A DNA stretch of 62,706 bases, filler included, from Rhabdomonas costata (taxonomy: Eukaryota): the NCBI GenBank assembly GCA_019059605.1. It is 21 parts of 21 records of this genome, joined end to end, with 100 filler letters (N's around TTAATTAATTAA, not from the genome) between each part and the next. Parts side by side here need not be neighbours in the genome. Positions count along the whole stretch, not along the records: positions 12,073 to 14,960 come from JAHMHO010001808.1; positions 15,061 to 17,948 come from JAHMHO010001809.1; positions 18,049 to 20,935 come from JAHMHO010001810.1; positions 21,036 to 23,922 come from JAHMHO010001811.1; positions 24,023 to 26,908 come from JAHMHO010001812.1; 16 more parts are not named here. One strand, 5' to 3'. Numbering within the stretch: position 1 is the stretch's first letter; every line of letters starts with the position of its first letter. A model generated the notes under the pieces. It ran no database searches, was not told where the DNA came from, and saw only the letters and a program-made list of their open reading frames with translations. This document shows, in pieces, positions 12,461 through 24,193 of the stretch. The translations under genes were made by a program, and so were the position numbers.

Positions 12461-14755
12461 TTAGTAAAGCGACAAGTACTGGTTGGCTTTTGCCGTTTTC
12501 TGCTTTTGCACACAGAGCTCACGCTTCTGTGCCCAGCCCTCGGAAACCAGCTTCTTGGCTTGACCTTCGGCCGTGCCGATCTTGGCCGGAGGCTCCTCCA
12601 CAATGACTTTCGAACCGTGCTCAGGCGACGTCACCAGGATCGCGAAGGACTGGATGTTGTCGATCTTGTCCGTATTGAGAGAAACATAATCAAAGCTTCC
12701 TCTGATGTCCGTGTACCCGTCCTTGTAGAACCGCACCGACCCGTCCGTGTACTTGGCAAAGCACTTTGCATAGATTCTGGGAACGGGCTTGTTCGTGTGA
12801 GGATCCAGAACCTTGAGGATGCCGAACTCCTTGGTGACGATGCAGTTGAGGTCAAACGGCAGGTATGTCAGGTACTCGGATTTCCGCAGCTTGTTGCTGG
12901 ACGCTCTGGCTTCAATAAACATGCTTTCGGAAAGCACCTCTGGCGGCAAGTCCACGAAGCTTACAGCCAGGTCATCGGCATCGTTGACGGCCACAGTCAA
13001 GCTGCGAAAGGGCGATACGAATGTGAACTCCTTTTGGATTTGAAACTCAAAGGGCTTCGCCGAGAACACCACCTCCAGCTCGACCTTGTAGAAGCGCAAT
13101 GTGACCTCCCCAACCTGAGAAGACACCAGCTTGACTTTCTTCCCATCTAGACTGGCCGAAAAGGAGGCGGCCTGGGCGGCCTTCTTCTTGTTCAGCGACT
13201 CCCCTTCGTGCTTGGGATCAATCTTGTAGAGGAAGTCGGCCTCCTCAAACTCAGCCAGCTGGTTGGCCATCTCCACAAAAAGGTTGCGCCAAAATAGCAC
13301 GGGATAGGTCAAATAGCGCTCGCAAATGGCCTTGGCCTTGGAAAAGTCAGGATAGCCGGTGATGAAGTTGAGGTAAGCGGTCTGATACTCGAGCTGAATG
13401 CGACTGAGTACTTCACCCTCGCGTCCGCTGATCCGGGCGGTAAGCTCAAGAGCTTTCTCAATCTGATCCTGGGCAATCAGGTAGTTGACAAGCAAGACAA
13501 GATCGTCTACGGTTGGGGTGAACTTTTGAAGAAGGTAGTTGAGATATTCCTCGTAGGTTTTCTTGAAGGTTGTGTTGGCAATGTTGGTGGGGGTGTTGCC
13601 AAGGACGTGGGCGCGCGGGTTGATAAGAGGATAGTACTCTCGAACCTTGAATCGATCGAGGTGCAGTACGTCTCCAGAGTGGTACGCGAGGACCGGAAAG
13701 AAGTCATCGCTGGCCGTTCGGTTCTGAAGCAGCTCCTTCAGTCGACCATAATCCCCGTGGAAAACGCTGTAGCTCCAAAGAGTTTCATCAAACATACCCT
13801 TCTCCTCACAAAGTGCAACGGCCTGATTGTAGAAGTCGCGGTTTTTGAGAAGCCAGTAGATCTGATGGAGAGCAAAGACGTTGGGGTTGAGCAGATTCTT
13901 CGATTTCATGAACTCAATGATGTCAGCGATGTTGCCATTGGCGAGTACGTCACAGATTGTCTTCATGCCTTTCGACGACTTTTCCAACCGCACATGAATG
14001 GGAGCGGTATGCCTAGCAGAGGCGACGATGTGATTCCCCTTGACAACAGTCGCAGGAAACATATCAAACTTCCCAACCCTGGGAAAGTAGAAGCGAAACT
14101 CGACTACAGCGGAGTTGAAAGGCTGGACAACCAAATCACGGATGCGCAAAACATCGGCCGAGTCCAGGGGGATCGAACCTTCGGGCACCTCCATGATGAG
14201 ACTCAGCTTGACTTGTGTGGTGGTGGAATTGGTGACGACCACGCGGGACGCATAGGGACGCCCAGCCACGAACTCGTCCACAGGCTTGTCGTAAAAAACC
14301 TCTGGATCTTCGTCATCGTAAATGACTGGATCAGCCGGGTCATAGATCTTTTGCGAGCACTGAACTTCGATGTCAGCACGCTCACCCGGCTTTTCAATCA
14401 CTTCTTTTACCAAAAACACGTACTTCGTCGGAGCCGTCAGTGTCAACGTGGTCCCTTCTACAAAGGAGCTGACTGTGGTCTTCTCAAAGGGAAGTTCGGT
14501 GAATGCTAGGGCAAGCAAGAACTCATGCAGCGAGTCGATTCCCGACAGAAACTGAGACGAGGCGAAACCTCGGGCATCAGGATTGCGAACCAGGTGCTGA
14601 AGAAGGTCGGAAAAGAACTCGCTGGGGCTGCGATTTGCTGGAGGCGCCTCATAATATTGTCTCTCGTTGTATTCAACGGTCTTCTGAGCTGGCTTGAAGA
14701 TTTCCTGCTTTTCGGACCCTTCTTCGGATTCGTCTTCATCACAAAAGTCCCATTC
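12461..14755 (-). CDS. C-terminal ~765 aa of a large AbpF-like / alpha-2-macroglobulin-like hypothetical protein
   Basis: Uninterrupted ORF to TAA, possible acceptor ttgcag|GAA at 14755. Motifs VVVTN..T...L...EVPEGSIP, FYFP..GKF..FPA.V, EYYPLINPRAH and FYKDGYTDIRGSFDY, which I recall from Dictyostelium AbpF and ciliate/planctomycete hypothetical proteins. Confidence 0.75.
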   Translation of the reverse strand, partial: EWDFCDEDESEEGSEKQEIFKPAQKTVEYNERQYYEAPPANRSPSEFFSDLLQHLVRNPDARGFASSQFLSGIDSLHEFLLALAFTELPFEKTTVSSFVEGTTLTLTAPTKYVFLVKEVIEKPGERADIEVQCSQKIYDPADPVIYDDEDPEVFYDKPVDEFVAGRPYASRVVVTNSTTTQVKLSLIMEVPEGSIPLDSADVLRIRDLVVQPFNSAVVEFRFYFPRVGKFDMFPATVVKGNHIVASARHTAPIHVRLEKSSKGMKTICDVLANGNIADIIEFMKSKNLLNPNVFALHQIYWLLKNRDFYNQAVALCEEKGMFDETLWSYSVFHGDYGRLKELLQNRTASDDFFPVLAYHSGDVLHLDRFKVREYYPLINPRAHVLGNTPTNIANTTFKKTYEEYLNYLLQKFTPTVDDLVLLVNYLIAQDQIEKALELTARISGREGEVLSRIQLEYQTAYLNFITGYPDFSKAKAICERYLTYPVLFWRNLFVEMANQLAEFEEADFLYKIDPKHEGESLNKKKAAQAASFSASLDGKKVKLVSSQVGEVTLRFYKVELEVVFSAKPFEFQIQKEFTFVSPFRSLTVAVNDADDLAVSFVDLPPEVLSESMFIEARASSNKLRKSEYLTYLPFDLNCIVTKEFGILKVLDPHTNKPVPRIYAKCFAKYTDGSVRFYKDGYTDIRGSFDYVSLNTDKIDNIQSFAILVTSPEHGSKVIVEEPPAKIGTAEGQAKKLVSEGWAQKRELCVQKQKTAKANQYLSLY

Positions 14756-15817
14756 CTGCAATATATCAAAAGCTACTTGTCGGTCAACAAGTTGCCGATG
14801 GAGGAGCGAAAGCGGCGTTTTGAGACTCTGATGAATGTGAACGCGGAGGGGCATCCGACTTTTGAAGCTGACAATGCCGAAGATCGGGACGGTTACGTCG
14901 CAGTTGGTGCCATGCAGAGTTTTAACGTGTGCATGGCTATGGCTGCCCCTGCGCCCCACCNNNNNNNNNNNNNNNNNNNNNNNNNNNNNNNNNNNNNNNN
15001 NNNNTTAATTAATTAANNNNNNNNNNNNNNNNNNNNNNNNNNNNNNNNNNNNNNNNNNNNTTGTTTTTTTTTTTGCTTCAGCGCGGGCAGTGCTTGCGAC
15101 ATTAGCTGTTGTTCTCTGAGGAAAGTATGCAAGTGTTTGTTCATGCAAATGAGAGGCAGAAAGCGGAAAAGGGGACGTGGACGAGCTGCAGGTGTGGCGG
15201 GGGCGCTTTTCCCTTCTCTTTGGAGTCGGACCTGCCTCGGGGTATACATTTCCCTGAAGAGAGGGATTTTTGAATCTTTTTTTCGCTGTAGTACTTTGCT
15301 TTGTGGTGTGTTGGGCAAAGGGTGCAAGCTATACGACTGGACGGAGGGGCATTGCACCTGTGTATATCCTTGTGGGGGATTCTGTTTCCCGAGGAAATGG
15401 AAGCTTGGAGCATCCTCATCAGGGGGCGGACGAATAGCATCAGACCCCGTGCAAATGTGACCAGGAGTGATGGCCCCCTCAGCAACGGCAACCTGTTCCC
15501 TACAAACGAATCCTTGCGGGCGTCCTACAAATACTGGCTCTGACCTGGCCCTCTTCGTCTATCTTTGCTGTCCGTGCATGCGAGTCGGGAGTTAGTGATT
15601 GATGGCCTTTCCTGTGCTTGGATTTGGATTTGAAAGCCATTTTCTGACATGAAAAAGCGCAACCGTGCACATCACGTAAACCCGCAAGCCATGATGGCGG
15701 CAGAAAAACTCCCGAATGGCCCATCCGTGGTTCGATTTGCCTTTCACGCTTTGCGCTCTCCGCTTGAGCGCACCAGTCCCTCCTACTTTCCTGCTGTTTT
15801 TGTTGGTGGAGGACAAC

Positions 15818-17611
15818 ATGTCTGACGAGGGCCACACTGACGAGGTGGAGGAGATGCTGCTGCGGTGCCGCTCTGTGGCGGGGATGCTGGGGGGCCGGAG
15901 GGACTGCGCGAAGGCTGTGTCGAGCCTGCCCTCAGGGGATGTCCACTACAGCTGGGATGCCCTGCACTTCCTCTCCCTGTGCTGCGACGACCGCGCCACC
16001 TTGCTGCACCTGCTCACCCAGGTTGTGCGGAGTTGCATTCCGTTGTTAATGGAAGGCGTACCGTCGTGACGGTAGTAACACTTGTCTTGTCAAATCCCTC
16101 CATGTACAGATGCAGAAGGTAGGACATGGAGGGGTCCTCGGAAAGCAATGTCACTGACTCCTCGGATTATTTATCACTTACGGTAACTCCTCTTGGTTTC
16201 CAGGAGTCCCACCCCCCCTAGACTTTGGCTCACCGTGAAGTATGTTGGTACCCTGTCGTATCTTAGGAGTACAAGTGGAATCGGTGATTACTTCAAACGG
16301 GTCTGTTCTCAACGCCTTTTTTTCCTCTACCACACCCAGCCACATCTCCCTCGTGCGGTGCAGGCCTGTGAGGACCACCAGATCAACGTGGGTGGGGGAA
16401 TGAGGACCCTTGTCGTGATGACCGGGCTGCTGCTGCGATCGCTTACGCAGCTCATCACTGAGGTTTGCTGATCGCCTTTACCGCACCTCTCTTTTATCAA
16501 CCGAGGGATAATCACCAGCTCAGCAACAGAAAGCAACAGAAAGCGCAATTTCCGTTGTCTGTAGCATCGCTGCACGGGCAGCAAATGGGCAATAGCCAGC
16601 AAGAAAGGAGAACAGCAACACCAGCCAAAATGCAGCGGAGAACTTTTGCAGCAACCAACGCTTGTTTTCTGTGCTCTACTCACTGTGGTGCATTATTGCC
16701 TGTTGAAAGGGAAATTGAGGAAGGGGAGGGGGTCTGCGTGACATCATGGGGTTGGGTTGAGCGCAGGGGAGACGGAGTTGCTGACCATGTGATTGCGATT
16801 CAGTATGCATAATTTTGTGCGTTGCTTTTTCTCTCTTCCCCTCATTTCTCATGAGTTTTGAGCCCTCGCCTGTGTGTAAGTGTTTTCCTGCTGTCGCTGT
16901 TGGCGATTTACAGGGCATTCCCAGGCCCCTTGCTCTGCGCGGGCTGCGGCGGGCCGGCCTGCTGTGTGAGCTGATGCGGCCCATTCTGGCCATCCCTGTG
17001 CCCCATGGCTCACTCCCTTTCGGCGGCGGCCATGGGGACCCCGCCGCGGTGGCCAGGCTGCTCAGCCCTCCCGGGGTGTGCTACTCCCCCCCCACACACA
17101 CACACACAATTTCGCAGGATGGCCGCGTATACTGACAGCTTTCTCTGTCCTCGTCTCTTCCCCGTCCTCCAATAGGTATGTGGAAAAGAAGTCTTGGGGG
17201 AAGGCAGATGTGCATATTGCTCAGCATCTCGCCGTCCCTCTGCATCTGCATCACCTACTTGAACTGGAATCGTCTGCTGAGGAAGGTGGCGACCCGAGCC
17301 TTCACAGGGTGGTTTGTGAGTGGTGGTTCGGTGGGATCGCGATGTTACTTCGTTGTCTTCGGAAAAGCTTAAACTTCAAAGCCCACCAGGTAAATCCACA
17401 CATACACCTACTGTGTCAACCAAGGCGCGCAACCCCTCAACAGGACGCGCTCGACCAGTTGGAACGGAGGAGCAGATGCCAGGGCAGGAACGGAACTGCG
17501 ATCTGTGTGCTGTGGCGTGCAACTACATGCCCCTGTTCACAGGTGGAGCTGCCGGAGACCCGAGCATCGGATGCGGTTTCCAGCACAGATTGCAGCCTGA
17601 GCGACGGGGAG
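15818..17611 (+). CDS. Divergent group II chaperonin-like protein (BBS6/10/12 type), 5' part. Exons 15818-16021, 16364-16462, 16914-17075, 17543-about 17611
   Basis: Spliced SVAGMLGG...WDALHFLSL...LLHLLTQ|ACEDHQINVGGGMRTLVVMTGLLLRSLTQLITE|GIPRPLALRGLRRA...LAIPV follows the Cpn60/TCP-1 equatorial-domain pattern. Phase-0 GT-AG introns. Confidence 0.65.
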
Positions 17612-18532
17612 GTTGCCGCACGGCGGGCCTCGATGCAGGCCTGCACTATTTTACTCCGCCGTGAGCTCCCACTGGAGAAGCACCTTGTGCAGGCACATGC
17701 ACACACACGCACAGTCAGAGATTCATACGCAGACGCAGAGAAGCTCCCATCTTGGCCACGGGCCACCTTCAGGCCAGACGCACCGTCGCTCCCGTAACCT
17801 GCAGATGTGCACAATGAGGTCGGACTGCGATCTCAAGATTTTCCTCGTCAGCCGCGTCAGGTGGGAATTTTGTGCAACCACTGCAACGCAGCGCCCAAGC
17901 ACACACTGCTCTAATCTTCCCAAGAGCAAGACAAGGGGAACAACCCCCNNNNNNNNNNNNNNNNNNNNNNNNNNNNNNNNNNNNNNNNNNNNTTAATTAA
18001 TTAANNNNNNNNNNNNNNNNNNNNNNNNNNNNNNNNNNNNNNNNNNNNTGTGTGTGTGGCAAAGCTCCTGAGCATGTGAGATTCCATGGAATCTCACATG
18101 CTCAGGAGCTTTGCCAAGCAGCAGCAACACAACCCAGAAAGAAATCTGGCCCTCCCTGAAAAACCCCTCGGCCGCAGATGTTCAGAAAACTACCGAGAAG
18201 TCCATGCAAGCTCTGGCAGGCTTTGGAGCTCAAAAGGTTCTCACAATTAAACGTGCAGTGTGAGTGAGCGGTGGCTTCCTTAATTTGCTCACGTTTGAGC
18301 TCATGTTGCTTCCCCAGGATTTCTGAATTTATTTTCAACTTTCAAACCGGGAGTCGGGTGACCTAAGAGCTCTACTCCAAGTTCCGGGCTGAGTCTTCTG
18401 AAGCACTAAAGCAGGGGTGTCTGATATCTGATGGAAACGAACCAACCAGTTTAAGCCTTCCCAAACCTACGCAATGCCCAGGCTTGTCACTGCCTCTCTC
18501 CCCACTTCAATCACCACAAAACAGGTCAGTAC

Positions 18533-20897
18533 CCCCTGGGTGGCGTTGAATCCCTGAGGCATATCGTCGACCGTCGTGGACATCAGCGTAACAAGCTGAA
18601 GAAGGAAACGCCATGGGAAGGAAACACAACTGAAAAGAACCTATGCTGCTTGAAGATTCTTCCAGGTAACGGGATAGAGCTGCATTTCCCCACCCAAACA
18701 CCCACGTACACATACCTAGAAGCTGCGCTCCTATTTGATTGACACCGGCATCGGCAGGCAATCGCCGCGCGGGATAGAGTGTGTGCACCGGCAGTCTCGC
18801 GCGGAGAAGAGCCGGCTCGGGCAGCATAAGTCAGGGTCATAGTTAGAGAGGAGTGTTCCACTGCTCCGGTTCCACCGCTTCTGGCCGGTATACGAGAGAC
18901 CAGATGGACGCGACTACGTCCCCCCCTCCCCCCTATCCACGGAATGAAAAAGAATTAATCATAAAATCACAAAAATCATAAAGGGCACGTACCATAATGG
19001 CAGCATTCGCCTGCATCGGAGTCAAAGGGAACATGTTACTGCTGGTCAGCAACGTCGCCAAAGCAGTCACCGCAAATGCCTGAACAACAGCAAAACAAGA
19101 GACATCAAACTTTGCTTTGGAACGGACAAGACACATCACTATACCAAAGACCCCCCTTGTAGCACAAACACAACAAGGTGCACTGCAGCAATTTCGGAAG
19201 TTCAGTTCAATGGAGGGAAAAGAAGTGTATGTGTGTAGGGATAAATGGATAGGAAGAGGAAGATGGAAGGGCTATAACGAGGGACCTCAGAAGCAAAACA
19301 ACCTGGGCATAACACAGGCGACAGATGGGAAGGGAGGGCATGGAAGGTGTGGGCGTGGTGGCGGCGGCTGTGGCAATGCACAAAGTACTGTGAGGGAAAG
19401 AAGCTCTGAACTACAAACACAGCACGCGTAACAGTCCTTTAGTAAACCACACAACACCCTTCTTTCCCTTAATGCTACCAAACCTTTCCAAAACTTCAAA
19501 GAAATCCCCAACAAATCATTCTGCCTTCTTTTGGGTTCAGCTAATGTTCAATGCGAATTATTAACCTGTATTTTTTCATTTGGAATTCCGTTTATATTTC
19601 CACTTAATTTATAGTGACACTGCGACACTGGGCACTGTTGCCGTGGAACAGATAGAGCTGTTCTACTTGCTTACCTATTGCATCCCATTTGATCCCATTT
19701 AGCCTCCATTTGCCTTCCAGTCAACCTTTATGTCTCATCAGTTGCGTTCTGCAATTGCCACGACTTAAAAACCTCTCCTCTATTGACCTTCCTTTTGAAT
19801 TCCATTCGGTTCCATTCGCGTTCCGTTCGACTTTCATTTACATTTCATTAATTTTACATTCGTTCCGTTTGGATTCATTTTCCACTTCTATTCAAAACAA
19901 GTCTCACGCATAAACACACATCCACACTCACCTGCGCCTGCTGCCGCACAGCCGTGATATTGGCGTCCGAGGAATTGGATTGGTCTGCACAAATAAAACG
20001 TCACTCAGAAGCGAAAGAAAAAGGAGCAGCAAGTCCCCTTTCCACTCCAAAACGCTGGCGGCAAACCGCACGCAGTATTAAACAAGCACTATTACTTTGC
20101 CCACCCACCAACACATCCAGGGTGACACAAAAGAAAAGCATGATATCAAAGTCAAAAGTGCACTCTCAATCAATGAAGACAAAGCAGGTGGTGAAAATGG
20201 TTTCTGGAGCGGAGGAGGGGGTCCCACCCGCGTGTAAGCACAGCGGGAAGTGAGAACGAAAGGGAGCCACCATACTCGCGCTGGCAATGGAGATTTGCAT
20301 CACAGCGATGCCCCCGAAGATGGTTATCCCGGCGCAGTCCTTGGGGCTGCACGAGGACTGGTTCATTGCTGCCACCTGTGCACGGGCATAAGGGCGAGGT
20401 GGGGGCGCATGCTATCTCACTCTTTCTGCAGAAAGGAATGTAAAGGTAAATGATAATGCGACTTTCCAAAAAAAAAATACCGCGGCTCCTTTTTTCGACA
20501 ACTTTTCGCACGGTGACCGGCTCTGCACGACTGGTAGACCTCCAGTGCGATGGGACACAAGTGCTTCACGGGGTCCTTCCATAAAATCCCATCCGGAGCA
20601 CGGCATCAGCCAAAGCAGCACAGAACGGTCCCCAACGGTTGCCCAATGGAGGCACTGGAGGAAACTGAGGGTATGTTTTGCTGACTGGTGTGCACCCCGA
20701 TACCGTTGTTTCTCCTGTGCCTTCTTTGGCCACACCCCCAGACACCAGTCTCATGTGGATGCTACCTGGTCATTGATCATCTGGGGTTTGATAGGGACAG
20801 TGACCACGCTGAAGTTCAGCGACGCCACGCTCACCCCACCGTCCTGGTCCGTGACATAGACCGAATAGGACGCAGGGGACGTCCACGGCAGCACAAC
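18533..20897 (-). CDS. REJ/polycystin-1-like extracellular protein fragment. Exons 20897-20766, 20375-20276, 19984-19932, 19079-18993, 18595-18533
   Basis: All introns GT-AG and phase-consistent. VVLPW...YSVYVTDQDGGVSVASLNFSV resembles the end of a REJ domain, followed by a helical region with several N-glycosylation sequons. Confidence 0.5.
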
Positions 20898-21865
20898 CTG
20901 AACCCACACAGACACATACACACACCACACACAAANNNNNNNNNNNNNNNNNNNNNNNNNNNNNNNNNNNNNNNNNNNNTTAATTAATTAANNNNNNNNN
21001 NNNNNNNNNNNNNNNNNNNNNNNNNNNNNNNNNNNGTTTTGTGGGGAATATGTTCAGGTTTTGGGGTGGCTTTCTTGTTGAAGGAGCAGAAGCTATTTTT
21101 GTTTGAACAGGTCTTTTTTCAATTCTAATACAAAATGGCGAACCCATCATTCAGGTGGCGTCTCTCGTTGGGTCCCTTTTTGTTTTCGCCTGTGCTGAGC
21201 TAAAGGGCCAGGATACCCTTGTGGAGCACCCCCATTGAATTTAAATTACAGCAAGAAAATCGGATGCAGATGCAGAGGGTCGTACGAAAAGAGCGCGAGC
21301 CCACCAGTCTGCTTCTGAGAAGGGGGAGGGGAATCCCATCTTCGATGGGCCTCTGTCCGCTGTTCTGAAACTGATTGTATCAAGCTATCCAAACGCACCA
21401 ATCCCGGGCAGTGTCGTGCGGGCACGCTTTCTTCTTCTTCGGATTGTGCACCGTTCCTTAAAAAATAAATTCTTTGTGTGAAGGAGCCCTAAACGGCGGA
21501 TACCGGCTCGAATGCAATGCCTTATAGGTACGCACTCATAGGCTCGTGCCAGTTTCCGTTCCAGCTGCACCTTTTGGTGTTTCTGGGGTGGGGTTGTCCC
21601 ATGACTTAGGCAAAGACCATTACCTCAACCTCCCCACCGAACCATTGCTCCCGCTTGGTGAAAGACTGCGACCAGCATCTATCCCCCCTTCCAAAACAGA
21701 ACTAATGGCTGATATATTTTTCTTCAAAACAACCATCTGGCACAGCACCAGGTTCTCAGGAGTTCTGTTCAATATCGGACAGCAACACAGAAAAGTTGAA
21801 GAACTGTTGCTGGAAACACCTGTTCTCCACCTCCTTGTTCACTGTCCTCCCTTCCCTCTTCCCAG

Positions 21866-23188
21866 CGGCACAGTTGACCTCAGCGAGCTGCCTGCCGGGC
21901 TTTCACGGCTGGACCTATCCAGCAATCAACTGCGCCGGCTGGTCCTCTCCAAGCCCCTACCCGCAGCACTGATGCAGCTGTACCTCTACAACAACCCCTG
22001 GTACTGCCCCCTGCCGACACTGCCGCCGTGGGTCGTGATCCCACCGTGCACAGGTAAGCCTGCGTTCTTCTGTGGGGAACGCACGCCTTCGCTTTCACGG
22101 TATGAAATGTTGCTGGCAGGCCTGCCACCGCACGCACACTTATTCCCTAGCACGGTAGCATGCGAACAATAAGGCACAAAGGTTTGAACCGATACCTGAT
22201 GGCAAGCGATGCAACTGTAATTTACAGAAAGGGAGGAGAGAATGTAAATTACCAAAGGCGGGGGCAGGGGGCTTGAATTGATGGTCCTCACTGCTCAGAG
22301 GATGCCTTTCCATGACTCATGTGGGTTTTTCTTCAGTGGCTGTCTTGCCGCGGTTTTTTTTGTGGTCTTTTTTTTTGGGCTATGCTTCTACTGATGCTTT
22401 TGTTGTTGTTGTCTTGCAGTACCTATGTGTACGGACCTGCACAACCCGAGCCTGCCGCTCTACTTCCCTGGGGACTACATTTGCTTCAACGGGAGCTCCT
22501 TCGTGTGCTCCTGGGCGGAGTTCGTGCGCGTCGGACCCTGCGGTGCGTGCGGGGCGTGTGGGGCGTGATTTCCAACTTTTTTTCTTTATGTTTTCGGATG
22601 TTTTATCGGCTGCCGTACCTAAGCATCCGCGCATGCAAAATCAGCTGTTGTCAGGTTGGGGGCACTTCTGGTGTGCAAACGCAAATAGAATCCTCGTGAC
22701 CAGCAAAACCTCCAGAGACCTCGACAAGACGAAGAAAGTTGACTGACTCCGGCAAGACCTCAAAGGGAGCTGCGTTCCAAGACCTGTGTGGTCCCTGCAT
22801 GGAATTTTCTGTGGTACTCTGTGGTCCAGTCTGAGCGCTACCGTCCGAAATCTCTTGTTCAGTATGCAGGTGTGCAAGGGCCGAAATGCTGACTTAGGCC
22901 CTTCAGAGCCAGATAAAAACATCTTTAATGTTATGACTCGAGCGGAGAGATGGGGTAATCTCTGAGAAGGGAAGATGGGAAGTAGCCTTCACGGGGTGGA
23001 AGATAAGTGTGTTTTGCTGGGAGGCCCAAATCAAACAAAATATTGAAATTCATGTATGCGTTCATGGTGTGTTAACCTCCTTCTGTGTGAGCTACGGATG
23101 TGTTTGCTGTTCAGTGGGCAACGAGCTGGTCAACTGCAGCCAGTTTGATTCTCCTTGCGCCGAAGCATGGTCGGCCGACCTTCAGCAG
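21866..23188 (+). CDS. Leucine-rich-repeat surface protein with Cys-rich region. Exons 21866-22053, 22420-22542, 23115-23188
   Basis: GTVDLSELPAGLSRLDLSSNQL and LPAALMQLYLYNNPWYCPLP (LRR plus C-cap). Phase-1 GT-AG introns. Confidence 0.8.
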
Positions 23189-24193
23189 GTCAAGTTACAA
23201 ACACGCGCACACACACGCACACTCACACGTCAGGGTCCCACACGTCACGGTCAGGCCCACCTCGTCTCCTTTCACCGTGTGAACATCTCTCTCCCGTGTC
23301 GCAGTTGCGTTGTTTTTCTTGCAGTAGTAACGATTTTGTTGTGTGCCGCCGTACAGGTGGAAGTTTTAAAGTTTTGTTTTCATTTGGCAGAGCCTCATCT
23401 ACTGTGGGCGAAACGCTGACCTGCGCTCCGCTTTCACGCTGTGCTACCTTCTCACCTCCGAGCACTTCTGCGACAATAACCGGTGCCTTGCTCTCTGGAG
23501 GGTCTTTGGGTGAGTATTCCTGTGGTGTCGTCCTCCGATGCTGTGACTTGATGACCATTGAGTGCTCAGCATTCTACAAGCCGCAGGTGTTTCTTTCACG
23601 CATGGCTATGCCATCATGTTCCTGGATTAAGGCTTGCGGTTATTGTTTTATATATTGCGGTGGAGACGCTTTGTTTCACGGACTCAAAAACGAGCTTGTG
23701 ATCAATTAAAAGCACACCTAACACTAGTTTCTGTTTCTCCCCTGGGAAACTCCTGCAAACCCTAACCTAACTCTCGCCAATAATGTTAAATCGTGGCTTT
23801 TAAAAGGTGTAAATCGAAATATTGGCACAATTCAGGTACTTTGGATACCGACAAGCTCGGTTGACGACGAGAAGTCTCCGTTATCTGCAGCATAGTGTAG
23901 CTCTTTCTCCCCACCCCCCACANNNNNNNNNNNNNNNNNNNNNNNNNNNNNNNNNNNNNNNNNNNNTTAATTAATTAANNNNNNNNNNNNNNNNNNNNNN
24001 NNNNNNNNNNNNNNNNNNNNNNGGGGTGTGGTGCCTTGGCTGGGAAAGTGCCTGGATTCCGCACGGAGCTCCACTGTGTGCAAGGTGGGGAAATGTGCAT
24101 GTGCGGTGCATGCGATGCGTCATTGTTTAGCGAGGCGAGCATTTTCGCCCTACCCCCTCACACCCACCCACCCACACACCACACCGATCTTAG

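Noticed and set aside
12158-14509. 330-aa and 327-aa plus-strand ORFs
   Set aside because: Antisense shadows of the long minus-strand gene.
19795-19895. Degenerate TTCCA/TTCG pentamer tract resembling satellite DNA
   Set aside because: Short, degenerate and intronic. Treated as ordinary low complexity.
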